60,000 nt of DNA, from NCBI GenBank assembly GCA_038087875.1, contig CM075988.1:26042001-26102000 (forward strand), written 5' to 3'. Origin of the DNA: Malacoraja senta (Eukaryota). The notes beneath the pieces are model-generated. The model ran no database searches, was not told the origin of the DNA, and saw only the letters and a program-made list of their open reading frames with translations. Below, piece by piece: positions 24,698 through 38,323 of the stretch (position 1 is its first letter; each line of letters begins with the position of its first letter). The position numbers and the translations under genes are program-made.

Positions 24698-26708
24698 TAT
24701 GTTTTTGCCTCTGAGTTCACTGTTGGCCACAGCTTTGACTTTCTCCTTACTGCTTTTACTTTTCCAAATTCAATGGTGTCTAAATTCATCCTTGAAGAGA
24801 TCTACCAGATTTGTCCTTGGGTTTAAAATAACTAGTGAGAGTTATTCATACTGCAGATACTAGGTAGGGAAACTAAAATAACGCTAAAATTCATTTGGCT
24901 TTGGATTGTATTTTAGCCTGCAATATTCACATCTCTCCAGATTTGCTAAATTATTATTAATCCATGGTCTAATAGTGATGGAATTCAAAATAATACATCT
25001 CTCAATGTGCTGGAAGTCTATCCCACCTGTCATCTTAATTGCCGATGGCACTTCCTTCTGCACCAGTTGCTAACTACTCTGTTGATATAAACCTTCATTA
25101 TTGCAAAGTACCGGTAACACTAAAAAATTTTGTGACTGGAGCTTATCCATCATTACAATATCAAGCTTTGAAATATTCATCAAGATTCAGGAAGGTAGTC
25201 CCCTCCTTGGTGAGTTACCCCCATCCCATTGACCCTATGCTACAAAGCTGGATCATTTAGAAACAGCTGCCAATCTCAGAAATATTCCTCGACAATTAGA
25301 CCCCTATTGACCTCAGCATCTGCATGATGGGAGAACTTCTCCAAAAAATTAGTCGGTTAATCGTCTTGGAGGAAAGTTAAACAACATAATTATTTGTAGG
25401 TAAGCATCGCCATCACACACCAAACCATGGATATCACAGAAGATCAATTTGTGCATTTTTGTTAAACACTTATTCCTGTAGTTATTGAATAAAAAAATGC
25501 TTTAATAGTGCTTGATTCGCTTTTGCTTGCTTGCTTCTGTGATTTTGCCTGCTCCATGGAATGAAAATGAAACTGTCCACCATGTGATGTCTTGTGTTTA
25601 AGCAAATTAATGTCACCAATGAGGTGGGTGGTGTTGTGACTTGCATTGGGAATGTATGATATTAATCACATACTATAAAATGATATACTGGCCCACAAAT
25701 GAAAGAATCAGTGTTGGAGCTGTGGAATAGTGTAATTTGCAATGTGTTCATGCTGCAAATATATTATTTTGATCTTGATTATATTTCACCCATTTGTGGA
25801 AACACTTTTTCTCATTTGAGATAGTCAGGTAAAATGTAACCTCCAAAGATGATGGTGTGGGCTCAGGTCCAACCAGACATGTGTGAACGTTTTTAAACTT
25901 TTCAAATACATCACCAAACCAGATCCTGTGATTAGATTAGAAAGAAGGAATTCATGATTTAAAAATGTGGATGAGGCTGACAACCTCGGAGTTAATGTGT
26001 ATCTTCGATTTGGCAGGCTGGGTTTCCCAGGCCTTGGAAAATCTCGTACCCAAAGGGAGGTTTGGAAGAGTTTGAGGGAGAAAGATAAATACTACTGTTT
26101 CAGCATTACAGTTGGAGCAAGGGAGGGATTCCCCTGTCCCTCAGCTCCCCTCATGATCAAAACCTTGTCCTGTCTAGTAAAGGATTTGCCATTCGCACAT
26201 CCACCTAGCGGGTAATGGATTGAAAGGATTTTTTTTTCATTGGAATCTCAATATCTCCAATTTTTCCTGAGAATATCCTAGTTTGGGTATTATTCTTGCA
26301 AATTTTTATTGCATTTTTTTGTGTGATTCTGCGTTTTATTCCTAATATGTTAGATCTCCAATGGCCACTAAGATCAAAGCAGTGCTTGGTATTTTAAATC
26401 CACAGTTTTTGTAGGTTAACTATTCTGCTGCTGCACTTAGCTGTGGTATTTTTGGCCCATTCATGGAAAAGTTTGTAACCTACTTCAGGCCAAACTACGT
26501 TTGGACATTGGATGAGAACAAAATCAAGCTTGGCTCTGATGCCTCTCTTGGTCAAGCAGCCTGCTGCTGCAGTCAATGTATTAGAGTTGCTAATATCCAA
26601 CAATACTACAAGAGTTGGCACATTTTGGAGAAGGCTGGGGGAAATCCATTGACTTGTACTGACAAACATTTTGTTAACTATTTTTCTGCTGTTGTCTTGT
26701 ACTCGCAG

Positions 26709-26984
26709 GGGATCGGTTGCTACATGTTCCGTATTGATGATTTTGTGGTGGTGGATGCAACAATGCATGGGAATGCAGCTCGTTTCATCAACCACTCGTG
26801 TGAACCCAACTGTTATTCCCGTGTGATAAATGTGGACGGGCAAAAGCACATAGTCATTTTTGCTGTGCGCAAGATCTACCGGGGTGAAGAGCTGACATAT
26901 GATTACAAATTCCCAATTGAAGACGCCAGCAACAAACTTCCATGTAACTGCGGAGCAAAGAAGTGCAGGAAGTTCCTGAACTGA
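26709..26984 (+). CDS. KMT2A: KMT2A last coding exon, SET C-terminus and post-SET (H3K4 methyltransferase)
   Basis: Encodes [11 protein letters not shown]...[12 protein letters not shown]...[13 protein letters not shown]...[13 protein letters not shown] followed by TGA. Confidence 0.99.
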   Translation, partial: GIGCYMFRIDDFVVVDATMHGNAARFINHSCEPNCYSRVINVDGQKHIVIFAVRKIYRGEELTYDYKFPIEDASNKLPCNCGAKKCRKFLN

Positions 26985-29900
26985 TAAAGACTAGTGGAGG
27001 AAAAAAACCCTCTTGAGGTGACTGCCATGATTCAATGGGATTACTGGGAAAAATAAAAAAAATCAGGGATGGGAATGGTCTGATAATTGTACTGCAATGT
27101 GCAAGAATGCACATTCTTGATAGAGCACAGTTTTAAACACTAGTGGCAAAATGCTATTCAAATGTATTTTGTATCGACCCTGTTTAAAAACACTGCAAAA
27201 CTGGCCGCTGACATTTCCAAAACTGCACAACAGTGTGTTGAACAGTTACAACCTACTTTCCATTCCAAACAAATGTACAGTTCCTTCATTGAAATCCTGA
27301 CTAAAGTCGATGTTCTTGTGAGTGATGGCACCAAGGCAACACAGTAACCTGAAACAATGTGCCGGTCGGTAACTTGAGTTGAATCATCTCTGAAAAACAA
27401 AGGATAAGATCAAATATGACAGAAAATAACCTCTTTAGCAGTAATGCACTAGAAAAGGCAGGGGAAATCCAATGAAAATCTTTGACATAGAGATTCCAAC
27501 CGAGGAGTAGATTTTTATTTGCAATGTTAAAGTGGGGAAGTAAAATGTTTTAATAGCCCCATTGCTTATGATAGCCACTGCACCACAGAAGAACTACTTA
27601 ACCATAAGCAAGGACAATGAACTGAATTGTGGCCGTACCTGTGCAGCTTTGGGGAAGACCTGTTGTCCCATGCAATCACATCGATCTGGCAAATTCAACC
27701 CCCTTTCCAGGAGGCAGCTATCTCTGATTTTATTTATTTTAAGGTTGTGAGATTTTTTTAAATTGAAAGAATCGCTTTACTTGGCAGAAAATAGAATTAA
27801 CACTAAAGATTGTAATTCTGCCCATTAGATTTCCTTCATACATTTTTTTCCTTCATTGTAACGATTACCGCACTTGCTACTCAACTCAATCTTGTAAACC
27901 CCATGCAGGTTGTACACGTAACTAGTGTTGATAGTTATACTACCTGTTTAAAGTGAATGAGTTGTGATAAAGGCACTAATTCATTCTCAAAACTTCTGCT
28001 TTAAATGGTACTCATGGGGATAGTGCATGACACTATCAAATGCACTTACTGTCCAAACATTCACCGATTTAAACAGGTCAATTAATAATTTAAGGCTTAG
28101 GAGTTGATATTTCTTGACCAGAGGGAAGAGCAGTTAATGGTAATGTGCAAGAAGTGGAAATTGCAGAAGACAGCTAAAAACATCATTCTACCCATATTAA
28201 AATCCACTAACTTATAAAAGCCAAACTTACTATCAACTAGCAACTTATACAACTTTTTGTTCCTTGTATGATGGATTTTAACTGGATTTTGCTACCAAAC
28301 AAAATTTGTTTAGGATTCTCTAAAACATATTTATTGAGGAAAATTAATTGGCATGATCGATGCAGGCTCGAAGGGCCAAATGGCCTCCCCCCGCACCTAT
28401 TTTCTATGTTTCCTATTTTTCTATGATGTGATTGAGTATCCACCAAAGGAAGAAAGTTTAAGCCTATTTTTAAACTTGCTTTTGCACTCTAAACTTCCTG
28501 ATTATAAAGTTGAAGATGAGGGCACCGACCGAGGTGCTCAGTTCCCATGCATCGTACTGATTGGAGTGATTTTTGCCTACTGGGTATTTCACTTATTTTG
28601 ATTAAAAGCTACAGTAACAGCAGGGGAATGACTGAGAACAATAAGCATCTACCTGTTGGTTCCTTAAAATTATCTTTTCTGCATTCCTAGTTGTGCTGTA
28701 ACAGCAGGAAGAAAAGACTATCAGGACATTAAACCTATATTGAACTCTAGATGGGGAGGTTGCCGGAGGCACTCATGCTATTTTGGAAGAAAATGTTTTT
28801 GTGATTCATGACAAAAAAAACAACAACTATCACAATAGCTGACTCCTGGAAACCGGGCAAAAAATTTTGACCAAATGAATGCATCTCAGGTGGGTTTCTG
28901 GCAGTGACTTAATGACCTTGATCCCTTGTATTTTTGCACTGTGTGCTATTTAGATAAACGCTAAATCTAATGTGTTTGTACTGACTACAATAGTGTATCC
29001 TGATTTTCAGGTTACAGCTGTATTCCATATCACCCAATATCAACATTTCTGCTATATCTTGTGTATTCCATTATCCTGATTAGAGATTTGTCTCTGCTGC
29101 TTTCTAAGCTTTTGTTTGCTTTCCAAAAAAGGGTTTGGCTAATCAGGATATTATATCTTATTGGGGCACAGTCTTTTTTTAAAGTTGAATTATCCCACCA
29201 ACACATCTTCTCACCCTTCCATTCAGCTTCTCTCTCCCTGTAGACAAAAACAATGTCCCTTCAAACAATCATTGACAGCTTAGCAAGCTGACGGGAGCAA
29301 GGTTGGCAGAATGTTTTTTCCCTTATTATGGTCCATGCTGTCCAGTATTCTTGTTTATTTAGTTATAATTCTGCCAGAAAATCGTGGAATTTTCTTTCTC
29401 ATTTTGTTTTGTCTTCACTCAGTTGCTGCTATTACTTAATGACATCCAACTGCCTTTAGAGACCATGTTCCTTGCTGCTATGATATCAGCTTTTACTTGA
29501 GGGCACCCTCGCACAGATATGGGTACTAACCTCTAACATAGGAAAGGACAGGAGGGGTCGACCTAAAATGGATAATGTACTTCATTTAGTACATGATTGA
29601 ATCGGCATACTTAGAGCACAGGAAAGGCACACCTTCTGAGTGTGGCATTAATGTTCAGGTAATGGGGGTTCTACTTGATGGGTGGGGGGGGGAAGTAATT
29701 CTGTACGCACTGACAGTGAAAGTCCAATATATGCTGTTCTATTGACTGTGGCTGGATAGGTACATAATATCTAGCTGAAAAGATTGTGTTTGTAATTATT
29801 TTTAATCCAATGTCACTGTTGCCAAACAGCTGCAGGCAAACTACAATAGGAAAGGAAACTTAACTGGCAGTGGATATATTGGTTAATGTAATTCTGAGTG

Positions 29901-32900
29901 CATCCCTCTTATTGTATTGTAGGGCACTTCAAAAAGGGGACAAAGATTTGATTACCAGTTGCTTGCTATTGTTGATATTATTCTTATTTCTTGCTAAAAA
30001 TGGTTGATTTGGATAATTGAAGGAATATATGAAACATCAGTGTAGTCTCAGTGAGGATGTTATTAAGTACAATTGCCAGAGAAACTGTTTTATTAAATTC
30101 ATGAGGTATAATAAGGTATTTAAAAGGATATTGAGAATGTACGAGCCTTGACATTATGGTTGAGACTAAAATATTTTACCACAAAATGTGTAACTTCCCA
30201 TTCAAAGTAGTAGTTGAATAGCTGTGATGCCCCTTGTGTGGGCTTTCAAAACTCCCATCATTCCACATTGAATCGGTGAGATTGCTGCATTAAATACAAC
30301 TTTGAGTGGAGTAAGCGCACTAGCCATGAGCAGAATCACATATTCTTGGAAAACAATCATAAAACTGGCCCCAAATCCTGAAATAAGCACTACATGCTTA
30401 AGATACAAGAGGCCCCATAGACTGTCCAAGAGGAAGTGGTTGTCACTCTTGTAAAATGCAATGTTTAGTTTTGGCGAGATGGGTTCCAGGATCTCAGCTC
30501 TGACTTCCCCGACTCAAAACATAAATCCTCTTTGTGTGCCTCTTCATAAATGCTGTACTGTGTTCATTCAGAGGCAGCCAGCAGTGAACCTTTAAACTGA
30601 CTGGAGTTTATTCTCCATCAATAAAAGAAGTAAATTGCAAAAATCTCTTCAACTTGACGGGCAATCAGAGATTTTAAATAGTGCTTTTTGTCCAGTTGGG
30701 TCAGTGCGGGACTTTTATGGAGACTTTATGTAATGAGTTAAAACACTGAATAAAATATAGATGTTCTCTCCGACTGACACTATCTCTAACCCAAGCAGAG
30801 ATATTTTTTTTTTAATGTTATTTATTTGAAACCCATTTGGATATATAGGAAACTTGAATATAATTGTATTTTTAAAAAAATAATGAGAATGGGAAAGAAG
30901 TAGAAAATAATATTTAAAAACATAGATAACTGAAAATAGCACAGCAGAGCCAGGTGGTGACACCTGAGTATGTGTACCAAAGTCTTGATTCATAGGAAGA
31001 AATGAATCATTGGAATTTTAGTTCCTTCTTATCTTGCCCCTTTCTTTGTAACTAGCCCAGCACCCTTTTAATTCAGAGTCCAGACACCGAATGGTTGCAC
31101 AGAACAGCTAGGCTGTGCGAATCAGAGTGGGCCCTACAAGAACAGTTTTTATTGTCTGATTCCCCTCTTCAAGATATTGACTGTGAGTATGGTAAGAACA
31201 GGCAGCAGCTAGACCACTGGTGTAGGATTCCACATGTTTGGGATGTGGAAAACAGGCATACTGCTGAGAAGAGTCTGTCTGACAGCGAAGCCCTTGTCAT
31301 TTGGCAGCATCACGCCCGCCTGCTTCCTTGCCTTTTAGATTTTATGGGGGTGGAGGTGGCCAGTGGTGGACATGCGTGGCAAGTCAGAAGAGATGACTAG
31401 TTGCTAGTTTGCTTTTGTTTACAAATGTTGCTGCTTTTGTTCGTCCATGTGGCTGGTCAGAGATTGGAAATAAACTGTCATGTATCCCTTTGTGTTGGTT
31501 TCCGACCGAGGCAGTTAAACTTTGAAATCTTTATAACCTGCACCATGTAGTGTATATAATTAAGTGGCAGGTTATTATTTTTAAAGAGTTTTATGGACAA
31601 CCTATCAGAGGTTTAATGACCGACCTGCCAATTAACAATTGAAAATGCTGCCATAGTGCGCATATATATATATATTTTTTTAGTACAGTTTATTTATTTA
31701 ATTTGGGGTCTTTTTGTGGACGATATAATCTACACATTGATCAGTAGTTTGGGGGTCACTGTTGGTGAATATGCATACCCAGCACTCCAAATCTGAGTGT
31801 AGGGTCACTTGAAATGGAGGTGATATAGCTTCTTGTTGGTCATTTATCCCAAATGAATGAAAGGCCACCTCAGTCTGCATGGCCTCTTTTTCTCATGATT
31901 ATAAGAAGGGAGTGCTTGCTATGTATCCATGAATGCCAGAAGCAGGATTAGCCTCCAGTGGGAAATGTAATGAGAGAGGTTCCTTAATGTGCCAGTGTAC
32001 CTGGCAGAACTAGTTACAGTGACTGAGTTCACTCATTGCAGCAGTCATAAGGCTTGATCTTTAGTTTAAGCACCAAAGTTTTGAAAAATAACTATTTACA
32101 CTGCTGTTGTCCTGTTACACCATTCCGTAAGGCTCATTTCTGTACAGTTAGTCTTGTAGAAAGCTTCATTCTTGAATGTAAGTTTTTTGCCTCGGGATTG
32201 GGGCGTTGTCACAATTTAAATGGACTCCAGCTCATTCTCCATGGGTTCCAGAGCAAACCCAGAACAATTCTATGACTGTCATTAAAATCCACAACAGGAT
32301 GGCACTTTGTATCTTCTCAACATCTCCCTTGGTTCTTTTCCTCAATGCAGGACTTCACCCTACAAATGCCACAGCAAGATTACACTTAATAAAAATCATG
32401 TTGCCACAGGGTAGTCATTTCAATCTAGTCTCCACGAAACAGACCAGGTTCACACCCATTAGCATCTGACAAGGAAGGCTATGGTATTACTTTATAAATT
32501 GTAATACCGCTTAACTTTATTTCGCAACCCGACAAAGTAGGAAGGACACAGCAGTTTTAAAATGAATGTATCTTTTTTCTAATGACAAATTATTATGAGA
32601 CTTTTAAATGACACACCATAAAGTTTGCTTGATGAAATACATAATCCCATCTGAAAAAGAAGAGGGTTAATTTGAAGGGCTGGTTCTCATCTATTTAGCA
32701 TCCATTTCAAAGCAATACAATGTTTATTGATAAGTCTGCAGAGATCATGTAAGACCATCATGTCTTAGTTTAAAAGTACAGAGTTCTGGGTCTTGGTTAA
32801 AAAAAAATAAGGAGGGGGGGAGAATACAGAATCTACAATATCTGAATTATTTTCAGAGAAAATAATGCTTTGGTGATATTTCCCCCAAATTTAAAAATAT

Positions 32901-33510
32901 TTAAACACTATTGCTGATTTTTCTTTCAGTTGTCTCACAAATGGTTAGCTGACTCTAGCTATTAGAGGGAAAACAATTTTTAAATTATTTTTTTAAAATA
33001 AGGGTACATGTTGTGTCTGTACTTCCATGTTCCTTGTGACTAGAACCCTTCGTTTCCCCAATATACCCCACCGGAACAGAATTATATTTATACGTACGTT
33101 TTTCCGTTAATGTGAATATATTTTTGCGTCTCTTTGAGATGAATACACAAAGAAGTGGTAGATGTAAAATGTTCCGGTTCAGAGAAAACTTACGAGAAAT
33201 TTGTTTTATTTTTTATTCATGATGAGGCTAATTGTACCCTTTTTAATTATTTTTTCATTTTTTGCGTTCCTGTAAATTGTTATTTTTTACATGGCTCTTG
33301 CAAGACGTCTTTACAGTTTGATTAGTGCATCAGTGTTAAACAATATCATGATAATGAAGGTAATTTTAATTATTAAGAAAAACTGAAAGCTAAAGAATGA
33401 ATGTAAAAATATGTACATACTTGTAAAAAATGTTTCTAAGCGTCATTTTCTATGCACTTTTTTATTTAAGTGATAGTTTAATTAATAAACATGTCCAGTT
33501 CATCCTTGGA
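26985..33510 (+). other. KMT2A: Probable long KMT2A 3' UTR
   Basis: AT-rich and almost free of the repeats that fill the neighbouring introns. Ends in a U-rich block with AATAAA at 33484-33489 and a GT/T-rich downstream tract. The 3' end is inferred. Confidence 0.55.
33484..33489 (+). terminator. Candidate distal polyadenylation signal of KMT2A
   Basis: AATAAA preceded by TGTA motifs and U-rich sequence and followed by ttttgtgtattt. Repeats resume about 500 bp later. Other AATAAA hexamers occur at ~30620 and ~31469. Confidence 0.5.
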
Positions 33511-34389
33511 GATACTTTAAATATATTTTGTGTATTTCATGTGGGATTACTTTTTATTAAAAAGTGTTGATCCTCTAATGTTGCTAGGACCCTCACTGAA
33601 ATGACTTGCCTTCATTTGACCACACATGCAGCACTGGTAGTTTTATATCATTGTGATAGTATTTCAGCGGGATTCATATGACTAATATTTCCAGAAAAAT
33701 CACCAGATGGAAGGATTCAAATTTATTTTTATTCTGGCATGGTTTATTTTAAAGCAATTTGGACTTGAGTCAGTGATTTTGAGTAAAGCTGAGGTTGGGG
33801 CATGTTTCACTGTCGGGTGGTGCATTTGTGTGATAGGTCAGAGCTTTTGGACGCAAAATATAAAAAACAGGAGTAAGCCAAACGGGCGTTCAGATGTAGG
33901 GCATAATTCTGTACAATCTTGGCATATTTTTCCCATCTCATTCCTATGTCTTCCCATATCACTTGGCTCAAAAACCTATTGATCCCAGCCTTGAATGTGC
34001 TAAAAAACAAAGCAACCACAACCCCTGAAGGGTTTCGGCCCGAAACGTTGCCTGTTTCCTTCGCTCCATAGATGCTGCTGCACCCGCTGAGTTTCTCCAG
34101 CATTTTTGTGTACCTCTGAGATGGAGCCTTCCAGTGTTGAATCCACCAGGTAAAGAATTATCTCATCTCAGTGCTACATGGCTAACCTACTGCCTGAGTA
34201 TCCCTTGCTAAGAAGCCACTTAATCCCTTCAGCCTTTAATATTAACCATTCATTTGTTCAATGGAGAGATGTTGAGAGTTACCCAGGATTGTCCTCATTT
34301 GCATACCAATAATAACATTGCATACATTTATTCAAAGAATTTAGAAAAAATTATCTTTCTCAACACATGAAAATGAGAAAATGCCACAT

Positions 34390-34832
34390 GCAAAGTGGAG
34401 GAACAGCACTTCATATTTCGCTTAGGTAGCTGGGTAGCTTACAACCCAATGGTCTGAACATTGAATTGTTCAATCTTAGGTAAACAACCCTTCTCCTATT
34501 TCGCACCTCTCTTCCCTAAGCCCCACCTGGATGTGCACCGATTTCTCCCTTTCCCCTCGCTCCGTCCCATTCCATTCATATTCTTTCCTCTGGCTTCACA
34601 TTTCACGTATCTTCTATCCTTATCTCACACTTTTTGTCTTCACCTTTGTCCAACTATCTGCCAATTAACCCCCACACTGGTATCCACTTATCATTTGGCA
34701 GACTTTGTCCTGCCGCCACCTCTCTTCCAACTTTCTCCCCCCACTACAGTCAGTCTGAGGAAGGCTCCCAACACGATACGTCGCCTATTCATGTTCCCCA
34801 AAGATGCTGCCTGACCCACTGAGTTACTCCAA
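34390..34832 (+). mobile_element. 3' fragment of Penelope-like element (GIY-YIG C-terminus, 3' UTR, degenerate hammerhead)
   Basis: gaggaacagcacttcatatttcgcttaggtagc...gaacattgaa resembles 6338-6415 and is followed by a pyrimidine tract and cagtctgaggaagg...gatgctgcctgaccc. Similar fragments lie at ~21040-21125 and ~59745-59940. Confidence 0.8.
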
Positions 34833-35595
34833 CACATTTAATGATCCAGCCTCCACAACCCTGTAGCGCTGTGAATTCCAGGGATTCATCACCCTCTGCA
34901 AAAGTAAATTAAAATAATTCCTGTTTTAAATGATATGCCTCTTGTCACTATGTTCTCTCGTTTGATTCTTTCCAACCGGTGATAACATCTCACCATCTAC
35001 CCTGTCGTGCCTCTAAGATATGTTGTCTCAAGAAGATCACCCCTCATTCTTCTAAGCTGCAAAGAATATAGACTAATCTCTTTGAATCATAAAGTTGTGC
35101 CACACAGAAATGGCCCCTTTGCTCCATCTCAAGCGTGTCAACCTTTTTTTGCCCATCCATATTAATCCCATTTGCCAACCTTGGGACCCTTAATAGGAAA
35201 CACAACAAGGAAACCAAATGGGAATAGAATGGCAAACATTGAAGAAGTGCCCTGAATTAATCTAAATACAAAAATTAGGAGGGGGGGGGGGGGGTGTTGA
35301 CTTGTCCAGGTTGCTAGAGGATTTGGGTTACTTAATGGCTTGATTAGGGCAAATGGATTGATGATCACAGAAAGTCAAGTTTCAACATACCATCAAAGCT
35401 TTGCGGCCAACCAAAGGAGCATCTCCCTTCCTTACATCTTTGGCATTCCAAGAAGGACTCAGGACATGGGAACACACAGATCATTGCAGGTAATGCAAAC
35501 TTGAAAACATCTTGACTGATTTTCTCAATAAAGTGGAATTAATTAGTTTATGGGGATCTGTACACAATGCAAACACACAGTGCCCTCCATAATAT

Positions 35596-35795
35596 NNNNN
35601 NNNNNNNNNNNNNNNNNNNNNNNNNNNNNNNNNNNNNNNNNNNNNNNNNNNNNNNNNNNNNNNNNNNNNNNNNNNNNNNNNNNNNNNNNNNNNNNNNNNN
35701 NNNNNNNNNNNNNNNNNNNNNNNNNNNNNNNNNNNNNNNNNNNNNNNNNNNNNNNNNNNNNNNNNNNNNNNNNNNNNNNNNNNNNNNNNNNNNNN
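35596..35795. other. Assembly gap (200 N)
   Basis: Run of N; the true size is unknown. Confidence 1.
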
Positions 35796-36137
35796 TGCTC
35801 ACTAACTGGAAAACAACACTCTATCGATGGTTAACAAACCTGTTAGGATCCTAACTTATCACTGGTTACCAGATCCTATGACCATTGGTTACCAGAACCT
35901 GTGTGATGGAACCTCGTTCTACTAGTTGTCCATCATGTAGGTTATCCAAGCCTTCTCTTAGTTATTAATAGACTGCACAAGACAAGCATCTGTTGCTACT
36001 AGTTACCATGTTGTTTAGGATGAGTCTAATCCTGTACACTCTCATCAGACAGGTCTGCAGTTCCCTACTGATAAACGATGTTAGAATGAGGTCTATCCCT
36101 CTACACGATTCACCCAGGACAGTGTTACATCACCACG

Positions 36138-36565
36138 GATGCTGCCTGACCCGCTGAGTTACTCCAGCACTCTGTGAAACGTCACCTATCCATGTTCTCC
36201 ACAGATGCTGCCTGACCCGCTGAGTTACTCCAGCACTCTGTGAAACGTCACCTATCCATGTTCTCCACAGATGCTGCCTGACCCGCTGAGTTACTCCAGC
36301 ACTCTGTGAAACGTCACCTATCCATGTTCTCCAGGGATGCTGCCTGACCCGCTGAGTTACTCCAGCACTCTGTGAAACGTCACCTATCCATGTTCCGGCA
36401 GCATCTATGGAGCGAAGGAAATAGGCAACGTTTCGGCCCGAAACCCTTCCGGGTTTCGGCCCGAAACGTTGCCTATTTCCTTCAGGGTTTCGGCCCGAAA
36501 GGTTGCCAATTTCCTTCGCTCCACAGATGCTGCCTGACCCGCTGAGTTACTCCAGCACTCTGTGT
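36138..36565 (+). repeat. 66-bp tandem array (~4 units) plus fold-back composite derived from the hammerhead element
   Basis: GAAACGTCACC recurs at 36176, 36242, 36308 and 36374. It is followed by an inverted/duplicated 138-bp core at 36397-36534. Confidence 0.92.
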
Positions 36566-37040
36566 AAATGTCCAGGCTGCTCAGCACCAGAGAGTCAGAG
36601 GATTGGATTATTGCCTCCAGCAGGGGCAGGGTGGGCAAGTGATTGTTTTCCATGTTGCAAAGACTTTATGCGGAAAAATTGAAGCTTGGATTTACAATAA
36701 ATATCTTTCTGTTCTCTATTTGTAAAATAAAATCTGTTTACTTACAATTGGTATAATTTCATTGTCCAGTCTACATATATGAAGAATGGAGGGGTTATGT
36801 GGGAGATTTTATAACGAAGGGTTTCATTACCCTTTCACAGAAGTCTACGATGGCAGGATTGGAAAACTCTTATAATAACGACCACAAAACGCCTGTTTAC
36901 CGGAGAGAAACCACGATGATGAAACTAAAAGATCTCTGTAACACAGATCAAAACACCTGTAACTCAGCTGTGATATTTTGGAGCCTATTGTAGACCCCTC
37001 CAAATCAGTGCCCAAATCTCCCATGGTAACACATATTTTA

Positions 37041-37322
37041 GGGGCGGCACAGTGGCGCAGCGCCAGACACCCGGGTTCGATCCTGACTACGGCTGCTGTC
37101 TGTGTGGAGTTTGTACGTTCTCCCCATGACTGCGTGGGTTTTCTCCGGGTGCTTCGGTTTCCTCCCACACTCCAAAGGCGTACAGGTTTGTCCGTTCATT
37201 GGCTTCGGTGAAATTGTAAATTGTCCCTAATGTGTGTAGGATAGCGTTAATGTGCGGGGATCGCTGGTCGGTGCGGACACGGTGGGCCGAAGGGCCAGAT
37301 TCCGTGCTATATCTCTATACTA
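37041..37322 (+). mobile_element. tRNA-derived SINE (V-SINE, HE1-like)
   Basis: Same structure as 16506-16783. Other copies lie at ~1712-1995(-), 41277-41515(+), 41815-42064(-), 50067-50330(-) and 54372-54649(+). Confidence 0.82.
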
Positions 37323-38109
37323 AAAAATCTGAGAAATATTAGTAAGGATCAGTTTGCAATTTGCGAACATTTAGTTTTGGAACAAATATTTCTGCTATTG
37401 TACCCCCCCCCCCCCCCCCCCCCCGTGTTACTGTACCTCGACATGGACAGATAAAACACTCAGGTGTTCACCATTGAAGATGGTCCTGAGGCTGCAATAG
37501 CTCATTTGGATCCTTGCAACTAAACGGTTCAATAAGATCATGGCTCAGATTCGCATCAGCACCGTATTCCTCAAACTCCACATTAGTTTAGTTCACAGAA
37601 ACAGCGCAGAAACAGGCCCTTCAGCCCACTGAGCTCATGCTGACCAGCAAACACCCCCACACCTGTCTAACTATCTCTTAAATGTGTAGGAAGGAACAGC
37701 AGATGCTGGTTTAAACCGAAGGTAGACACAAAACGCTGGAGTAACTCAGCGGGACAGGCAGCATCTCTGGAGAGAAGGAATGGGTAACGTTTCGGGTCGA
37801 GACCCTCCTTTTGTGTCTAATTATCTTAAATGTTGTGATAGTCCCAGCCTCAACTACCTCCTCCGGCAGCCTGTTCCACACACCCACCACCCTCTGTGTG
37901 AAAAAGTTACCCCTCAGGTTCCTTTTAAATTGTTTCCCCTTCACCTTAAACCTATGTCCTCTGGTTCTCGATTCCCCCACTCTGGGCAAGAGACTCTGTG
38001 CGTCTACCCGATCTATTGCTCTCATGATCTTGTCCCCCTCTATAAGATCAAGGGAATGGTCAAGGAATAAAAACAGAGTCTGGTGGAGCATGATCAGCAG
38101 ATCGGGGGT

Positions 38110-38323
38110 TGATTGAGAGAGCCTGCAAGCTGTGCTCAGACTGCAGTGCAGTGCAGCAACACATCACTGAGGCACAGGCAGTGGGACAGGGCGGCACAGG
38201 GCAACCCATGGTGAAGGGGAGCCAACACAACGCACGGCCGAGTCCCTGCTCCCCGACCAGCTCAATAAAGCACAAAACCACCCCCCCCCCCCCCCCTCTC
38301 TCTCTCTGGATTATCCTGCAGAG
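38110..38323 (+). promoter_or_regulatory. Possible non-coding first exon of TMEM25
   Basis: Non-repeat, relatively GC-rich stretch ending in a strong donor GAG|gtaagc. The ATG-containing exon at 41128 has an acceptor, so an upstream exon is required. The start position is a guess. Confidence 0.3.

Noticed and set aside
26463..26708. N-terminal extension of the SET-domain ORF (similar cases at 18031-18356 and 16739-16838)
   Set aside because: Chance open frame in intron sequence upstream of a clear acceptor, with no similarity to MLL proteins.
35548..35854. ORFs spanning the N run
   Set aside because: Artefacts of the assembly gap.
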